Source: Nitrospinota bacterium (GTDB lineage Bacteria > Nitrospinota > Nitrospinia > Nitrospinales > VA-1). From it: a DNA stretch of 11,179 nt. Under the pieces are notes generated by a model. The model had not been told where the DNA came from. It worked only from the letters and a program-made list of their open reading frames with translations, and searched no databases. Numbering within the stretch: the first letter of the stretch is position 1; the number at the start of each line of letters is the position of its first letter. Shown here piece after piece: positions 6,266 to 11,179 of the stretch. The stretch covers positions 13,259-24,437 of the forward strand of contig JAYNIA010000039.1 of the NCBI GenBank assembly GCA_038108555.1. The letters run 5' to 3'. The translations under genes were made by a program, and so were the position numbers.

Positions 6266-7606
6266 ATGGAACCAACACCTACACTTGCAATCAGTCCGGA
6301 AAAGATGGATTTTCGTGCCTATTCCATTTCCTGGAATCTCACCAAGCGGTGCAATCTCAATTGTGACCACTGCTATCTCGATGCTGATTTCCGCGGCGGA
6401 ATAAAAACTGATGAACTGAGCACCGAAGAATGTTTTCGTGTCATTGACCAGATCGCGGAAGTCAATCCAAATGCGTTTTTGATTCTCACCGGAGGAGAAC
6501 CTCTTTTAAGACCTGACATTTACGAAATCATCCGTTACGCGGCAGACAAAAAATTCATGGTCGTTCTGGGAACCAACGGCACGATGATCAACCGTGTCAA
6601 TGCGGAAAAAATTAAAGCCGCAGGCGCCCACGGAGTGGGAATCAGCATTGACTCCATGAATCCAGACAAACACAACAAATTTCGTGGAGTGGAAAAAGCC
6701 TGGGAGCTTTCGATGGAAGCCTTTGATATTTTGAATGAGGTCGGCGTTGACTTTCTCGTGCAAATGTCAGTTTCGGATATGAACTACAAAGAAATTCCCG
6801 AGGTGGTCGAGTTCACCGAAAAAATTGGTGCCATTGCCTTCAATCTTTATTTTCTGGTGTGCACCGGTCGTGGACAGGGCAACACCGACATTTCAAATGA
6901 AGCTTATGAAGAAGCATTGAAAATGCTTTACGATCAGCAGATGAAATACAAAGGTAAGTTGATGATCAACTCTAAATGCGCACCGCAATACAAACGCGTG
7001 GTGTATGAGAATGATCCAGAATCAGTTTACACCCGCACCTACTCGGGGGGATGCCCGGCGGCAACACATTACAGCCGAATATCACCAGAAGGCAATCTGA
7101 CCCCCTGCCCTTTCATTGAAGAATCAGTGGGAAATTTAAAATCGCGTTCCTTTAAAGACCTCTGGGAAAATGCTCCACTGATGGTTCAGTTGCGCGACCG
7201 GAAAGAACTCGATGGAAAGTGTGGTGATTGCGAATTCTCTGCCATGTGTTCCGGGTGCCGAGCACGTGCCTTTGCCGAAACCGGAAATTATATGGACCCC
7301 GACCCTTCCTGCGATTACGAACCGGGAAAATATGGCGGTCAGGCGTTCACCTTAAAAGTAGAAGACACATTGGGACTGGAAGTTGAATTCGAAACTCAAT
7401 GGACCCCTGAAGCAAAAGCACGGTTGGAACGCATCCCCTCTTTCGCCCGTGGCATGGTGGTCAAAGGGATTGAAAAGTTCGCCACCGAACGAAATATTCG
7501 AATTATTGATGAAGCGGTGGTTAAAAAATCACGTGAGGAAATGATTGAAAAACGCGGCGCCATGTTTCCCTTCCTGAAAAAATTCATCAATTCTGAGAAA
7601 CTTTAA
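6266..7606 (+). CDS. Radical SAM/SPASM enzyme of the AhbD/NirJ heme-biosynthesis group with a C-terminal PCP_red-like domain
   Basis: SWNLTKRCNLNCDHC (CxxxCxxC, 6350-6373), LTGGEPLLRPD, TNGT, ISIDS, H..FRG, FLV.TGRG, CAPQY. SPASM: GCPA...PCP...KCGDCEF..MCSGCRARA...DPSC. Tail WTPEAKARLERIPSFARGMVVKGIEKFATERNI..I. Confidence 0.85.
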   Translation: MEPTPTLAISPEKMDFRAYSISWNLTKRCNLNCDHCYLDADFRGGIKTDELSTEECFRVIDQIAEVNPNAFLILTGGEPLLRPDIYEIIRYAADKKFMVVLGTNGTMINRVNAEKIKAAGAHGVGISIDSMNPDKHNKFRGVEKAWELSMEAFDILNEVGVDFLVQMSVSDMNYKEIPEVVEFTEKIGAIAFNLYFLVCTGRGQGNTDISNEAYEEALKMLYDQQMKYKGKLMINSKCAPQYKRVVYENDPESVYTRTYSGGCPAATHYSRISPEGNLTPCPFIEESVGNLKSRSFKDLWENAPLMVQLRDRKELDGKCGDCEFSAMCSGCRARAFAETGNYMDPDPSCDYEPGKYGGQAFTLKVEDTLGLEVEFETQWTPEAKARLERIPSFARGMVVKGIEKFATERNIRIIDEAVVKKSREEMIEKRGAMFPFLKKFINSEKL

Positions 7607-7661
7607 GCCTACAGCTCGTGGCAAAGGGCCATAAGAAAAGGTCCGATTCTCTTGGGGTAGG

Positions 7662-8288
7662 CTAAGAAACAAAGTTTCCGGTTTTCCAGTTAACTTCAAG
7701 TTTGAGGGGATTACCGGACCGGCTTTGGTAATTGACATACCCGTGTTCCTCGCCAAACAGGAACAGGTCGCGTGTGATTTCGACATCCTGTTTGCAGTAA
7801 TGGATGATCTTGTCAATTTTTCCTTCCTTATACCATTGCAGGGAAATCAAACCATCGGCAGATTTTTTGGCACCCAGGGTATGTTGCGCCAGATGATTGA
7901 GGCTCAATCGAAAGTTTAAAAGTTTCTTTACATCAATCAACATATCGAAAGTGTTGATCTCCTGAAGATCAAAATCCGAATACGGTTGCAAGACGGTATA
8001 GTCAAATCCGATCACGTTAAAACCCACTACGAGATCTGCTGTCCTGAGTTTTTCGACGAGTTTTTTGGCGTCTCTTTCTTCATAGACGAAATAATCCTGG
8101 TCCACGCTATCCCAAACCACCCCGACAGCCAGCCCCATTTTGTGGATATTTCCCCAACCTCCCACCTCATCGGCACTTTTCTGGGTTTCCAAGTCAAAAT
8201 ATTGGATACGCGGTGCGGTTTCCAGGTTGGTTGTTTTGGAGGGTTCTTCGTCCTCTGATTCGCCAAATAAACCGAGTTGTTCTGACAT
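7662..8288 (-). CDS. Stand-alone RNase_H_2 / DEDD-type 3'-5' exonuclease-like protein (YprB/MrfB-related domain)
   Basis: YFDLETQ (Exo I), VVGFN...FD (Exo II), LSLNHLA..TLG..KSADG, YCKQDV.IT (Exo III). Confidence 0.85.
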   Translation of the reverse strand: MSEQLGLFGESEDEEPSKTTNLETAPRIQYFDLETQKSADEVGGWGNIHKMGLAVGVVWDSVDQDYFVYEERDAKKLVEKLRTADLVVGFNVIGFDYTVLQPYSDFDLQEINTFDMLIDVKKLLNFRLSLNHLAQHTLGAKKSADGLISLQWYKEGKIDKIIHYCKQDVEITRDLFLFGEEHGYVNYQSRSGNPLKLEVNWKTGNFVS

Positions 8289-8456
8289 AAAATTTAATTC
8301 TTAATTAAGGATAATTTTAAATTTAGCATCCTTAGATGCCAAATCAACATTTATTTAACAAACCCTTATTTTATATGGACTTACCGACAATTCAATTGCC
8401 CCGACCATCGACAGGTGCTAGATAGGCCTTCAAAATCCATTAGCCCTTTAAAACGT

Positions 8457-8484
8457 TAAAGTTTGCCAATTTTAAGACCGATAA
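8457..8484 (+). promoter_or_regulatory. sigma28 (FliA) promoter of fliD-fliS
   Basis: TAAAGTTT (8457-8464) - N12 - ACCGATAA (8477-8484), against consensus TAAAGTTT-N11-GCCGATAA. It lies 54 nt upstream of fliD, a known sigma28-class gene. Confidence 0.82.
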
Positions 8485-8538
8485 ATCTTTAGATAGACGG
8501 TTAAAGCAGTCTAAGTAAATCAACTGAAAGGCTAATCA

Positions 8539-10167
8539 GTGGCTGAAAATCAAATATTCGGTATCAATTCCAACCTGGATACAGGTGGGATCATTGATAA
8601 CCTGGTAACTCTCCAACGCCAACCCATCACCATTGTCGAAGCAAAGCGGGCTTTAGAAGAAGCCAAACTGCTCAGCTTTCAGGATCTCAAAGACCGTCTG
8701 CAAAACTTCAAAAGTATCGTAAACACCCTGAATACAGAATCGCGATTTCTTACCACTGAGGGAGTATTTTCAAATAACAGTGCCACCGACACCAACAAAG
8801 TTGTAAGCCTGACCACATCAACTTCGGCAACCTCCGGAACTTTCTCTTTAGTAGTAAATAACCTGGCGCGCGAATCCAAACTCTTATCAACTGGATTTGC
8901 AGATACCTCCAGCGCCCTTGGAAATGGAACGGTTTCAATTACAGTAGGAACCACTACCACTGAGATTACCATTGATGAAACTAACAATACTCTGGATGGC
9001 CTCAGACTGGCCATAAATAACTCCGGAGCAAATGTTCAAGCCACTTTTATTAACGATGGAAGTGCCACTGACCCGGTTAAGCTTCTTATATCCGGAACGG
9101 AAACTGGACTTGATAATGCTGTTTCCATCGCAGCTTCAAATACATTGTTTGGTTTTGGACAGCAGAGTCCCATAACCTTTTCAGAAACCCAGGCCGCGCA
9201 GAACGCAAGTTTTGTATTGGATGGGGTAGCTGTAACCAAGGCAGATAACACGGTTACGGATGTAATCACAGGAACCACCTTGCAGTTGGAGTCTGCAGGT
9301 TCCGGCACCATCACCTTGAGCCCGGATGAAGATGCCATAAAAGAAAAAATTCAGAACTATGTCGACGGGTTCAACGAACTTATGCTGCACCTGAACTCCG
9401 AACTGGCGTTAACAGAATCGACGGGTGAAACCGGTGTCCTGTTTGCAAACTTCACCGTACAAAATCTGCAACAGACTTTGAGGGAAACTATAACGGATGA
9501 AGTGTTGGGTGTTACCGGAGATTTTACTTATCTTTCTCAAATAGGAATAAAGACATCCTCCGATGGAACACTCACTATCGACGATGGAGACTTGAGCACA
9601 GCAATAGCCACCAACATAGAAAACGTTACTCAGTTATTCTCAAGTAGCGGAAGAACCACCAATAGTGCGGTGACCTTTGTCGGGTTTACAGATGATACTG
9701 TCCCAGGAACCTATAGCGTAAAGGTAACCAACGGGACACCCCAGCTAGCCGCTTCTGGAACGACTACCTTTACCGATGCTACTGGTAATGGAAACTTTTT
9801 TGCTGGAGCCTCTGGAACCGATGCAGAAGGTCTGAATTTTAGAATTGGTAATCTTACTGACGGAAGCTATGGAGAGATCGTCCTATCAGTGGGCGTGGCT
9901 CAAATAACAAACCGTGTTTTAGCCCGATTAACAGACGCCTCTCTTGATGGTCCCCTTGAAGCGGAAATTGACAGTGCCAACGAAACAATCGCCGAATTTG
10001 ACTCTACGATTACCGAACTGGAAGAAAGGATTGTGTTATTCGAGTCGAATCTGCGGGATCGTTTCACCAATCTGGAGGTTGTTCTGGGTAGGTTGAATTC
10101 GCAACGCGAGGCCTTTGACAATTCAATTGCAGGAATACAATCCCTATTCCAAGGTGGCGGAAATTAA
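8539..10167 (+). CDS. fliD: Flagellar filament cap protein FliD
   Basis: N-terminal GINSNLDTGGIIDNLV; LVVNNLA; TLDGLRLAINNS; AAQNASFVLDG; NTVTDVITGTTL; IQNYVDGFN; LSQIGI...GTLTID; C-terminal coiled coil ending RFTNLEVVLGRLNSQ. GTG start with GAAAGG RBS. Confidence 0.96.
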   Translation: MAENQIFGINSNLDTGGIIDNLVTLQRQPITIVEAKRALEEAKLLSFQDLKDRLQNFKSIVNTLNTESRFLTTEGVFSNNSATDTNKVVSLTTSTSATSGTFSLVVNNLARESKLLSTGFADTSSALGNGTVSITVGTTTTEITIDETNNTLDGLRLAINNSGANVQATFINDGSATDPVKLLISGTETGLDNAVSIAASNTLFGFGQQSPITFSETQAAQNASFVLDGVAVTKADNTVTDVITGTTLQLESAGSGTITLSPDEDAIKEKIQNYVDGFNELMLHLNSELALTESTGETGVLFANFTVQNLQQTLRETITDEVLGVTGDFTYLSQIGIKTSSDGTLTIDDGDLSTAIATNIENVTQLFSSSGRTTNSAVTFVGFTDDTVPGTYSVKVTNGTPQLAASGTTTFTDATGNGNFFAGASGTDAEGLNFRIGNLTDGSYGEIVLSVGVAQITNRVLARLTDASLDGPLEAEIDSANETIAEFDSTITELEERIVLFESNLRDRFTNLEVVLGRLNSQREAFDNSIAGIQSLFQGGGN

Positions 10168-10204
10168 AACAAGAAACAGAAATTATTTTCAGGATAAATT
10201 CTAA

Positions 10205-10633
10205 ATGGTTCCATCCAGATATCACGACCAGTACAAAAAAAACCAAATCTCTACATCCAGTCAGGGACGCCTGATCCTAATGATGTACGAAGGGGCGATC
10301 AAGTTCACAACTCTGGCTGCAGAGAGCATGGGCAAAGGGGATGTCGCCAATCAGGGAAAATACATTCAAAAGGCCCATGATATCGTCAACGAACTTTCAC
10401 TCGCTTTGGATTTTAAAAAAGGCGGCGAGGTTGCTCCCCGGTTGGAATCCCTTTATCAATATACCTTGAGCCAGCTAACCCTTGCCAATATCAAGTCAGA
10501 TAAAAAGCCACTTCAAGTGGTACTCAATATTTTAAATCCCCTTTTAGAAGCCTGGACCCAGCTTTACGAAGCCTCCACCAACACCGGCCAGGACGAAGCC
10601 GCACAACCCAAAAACATCGCTTCAAAATGCTAG
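10205..10633 (+). CDS. fliS: Flagellin export chaperone FliS
   Basis: YKKNQISTSSQGRLILMMYEGAI, KAHDIVNELSLALD..GGEVA..LESLYQY, LLEAW. Directly downstream of fliD. Confidence 0.96.
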   Translation: MVPSRYHDQYKKNQISTSSQGRLILMMYEGAIKFTTLAAESMGKGDVANQGKYIQKAHDIVNELSLALDFKKGGEVAPRLESLYQYTLSQLTLANIKSDKKPLQVVLNILNPLLEAWTQLYEASTNTGQDEAAQPKNIASKC

Positions 10634-10667
10634 GTTTAAAATTGACGAAGCCTTAATCCGAAAAAAC

Positions 10668-11177
10668 TCAGAAAAACTTATTTACTGCTTCCCCAGCTTT
10701 ATCCCTAATCTGGCTTCTTATCTCATAAATGAAATCCAAGTTAAGATTAAGGAATTTGATCGCTTCTTTTTGAAGGAATGGCAAGGCGGGTTCACTGCTT
10801 TTTCCAAATCCAACTTCATATGCTATCAATTCAGCAATATGCAATATTAAAGATTCCTCTTTATAGGTTTGCGCCTTTAGAGGTTCATGATGATTCATCA
10901 CAGGCACATAAATGCTTGCAGGAAGCCTCCACTCTTTTAGCAGAATCCCTCCAATTTGGGCATGATCGTAACCCAACTCTTCCTTTTCAGCTATTATCAA
11001 CCCTTGATCAGAGGAGTTTTTTGACTTCAAACAAACATCAAAATAAATCTCTGGTTCTTTTTGCAAAAGAACCAATTGTCCAATGTCATGCAAAATACCG
11101 GCGAGGTACAACTGCTCTGGACGAGTGGCCTGCCCCCAATAAACTGATCCAATGCCTATGTTAGGATTTGGGTCAAA
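10668..11177 (-). CDS. HDOD domain protein, C-terminal part (frame open to window edge)
   Basis: YLAGILHDIGQLVL, E.EELGYDHAQIGGILLKEWRLP, NHHEP, ILHIAE. The frame stays open for 22 codons upstream of the TTG at 11111. Confidence 0.85.
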   Translation of the reverse strand, partial: FDPNPNIGIGSVYWGQATRPEQLYLAGILHDIGQLVLLQKEPEIYFDVCLKSKNSSDQGLIIAEKEELGYDHAQIGGILLKEWRLPASIYVPVMNHHEPLKAQTYKEESLILHIAELIAYEVGFGKSSEPALPFLQKEAIKFLNLNLDFIYEIRSQIRDKAGEAVNKFF

Positions 11178-11179
11178 AA

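Noticed and set aside
7606..7663. AGCCTAC/GTAGGCT inverted ends bracketing the convergent intergenic gap
   Set aside because: Only 7 bp, with no convincing internal stem, U-tract or target duplication. Not supportable as a MITE or terminator.
8325..8342. Minus-strand TGGCA...TGC and short GCATC/GATGC inverted repeat
   Set aside because: Spacing is off by one for sigma54, and a 5-bp repeat is expected by chance.
8289..8538. 250-nt intergenic region as a possible ncRNA or riboswitch
   Set aside because: I saw no recognisable riboswitch motif or extended pairing. The region is explained by divergent promoters, including the sigma28 site.
130..11164. Antisense and alternate-frame ORFs (e.g. 130-531, 1569-2003, 2644-3099, 4969-5325, 8679-9014, 10778-11164)
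   Set aside because: They overlap well-supported genes almost entirely and show no recognisable motifs; they are shadow ORFs.

Overview
Bacterial chromosomal window with 11 supported CDS, two of them cut by the window edges. A Nitrospinota/Deltaproteobacteria-like origin is my impression from gene content only. The left ~4.5 kb is an envelope/secreted-protein cluster on the + strand: a 5'-truncated modular beta-rich protein, a TMTC-like membrane glycosyltransferase with TPRs, a secreted coiled-coil/collagen/TLDc protein, and a secreted orphan STN-like protein with a twin C-terminal repeat. It is followed by an Amidase_2-SH3b protein, a c-type cytochrome lipoprotein divergent from an AhbD/NirJ-like radical SAM-SPASM enzyme with a PCP_red-like tail, a stand-alone RNase_H_2 (DEDD) nuclease, a sigma28-driven fliD-fliS pair and a partial HDOD gene. 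I found no RNA genes, CRISPR arrays or mobile elements. The best candidate for an undescribed system is the left cluster: a secreted TLDc-tipped collagen fibre next to a TMTC-type protein O-glycosyltransferase, with its own structured regulatory region. All domain calls come from motifs recognised by eye; no searches were run.
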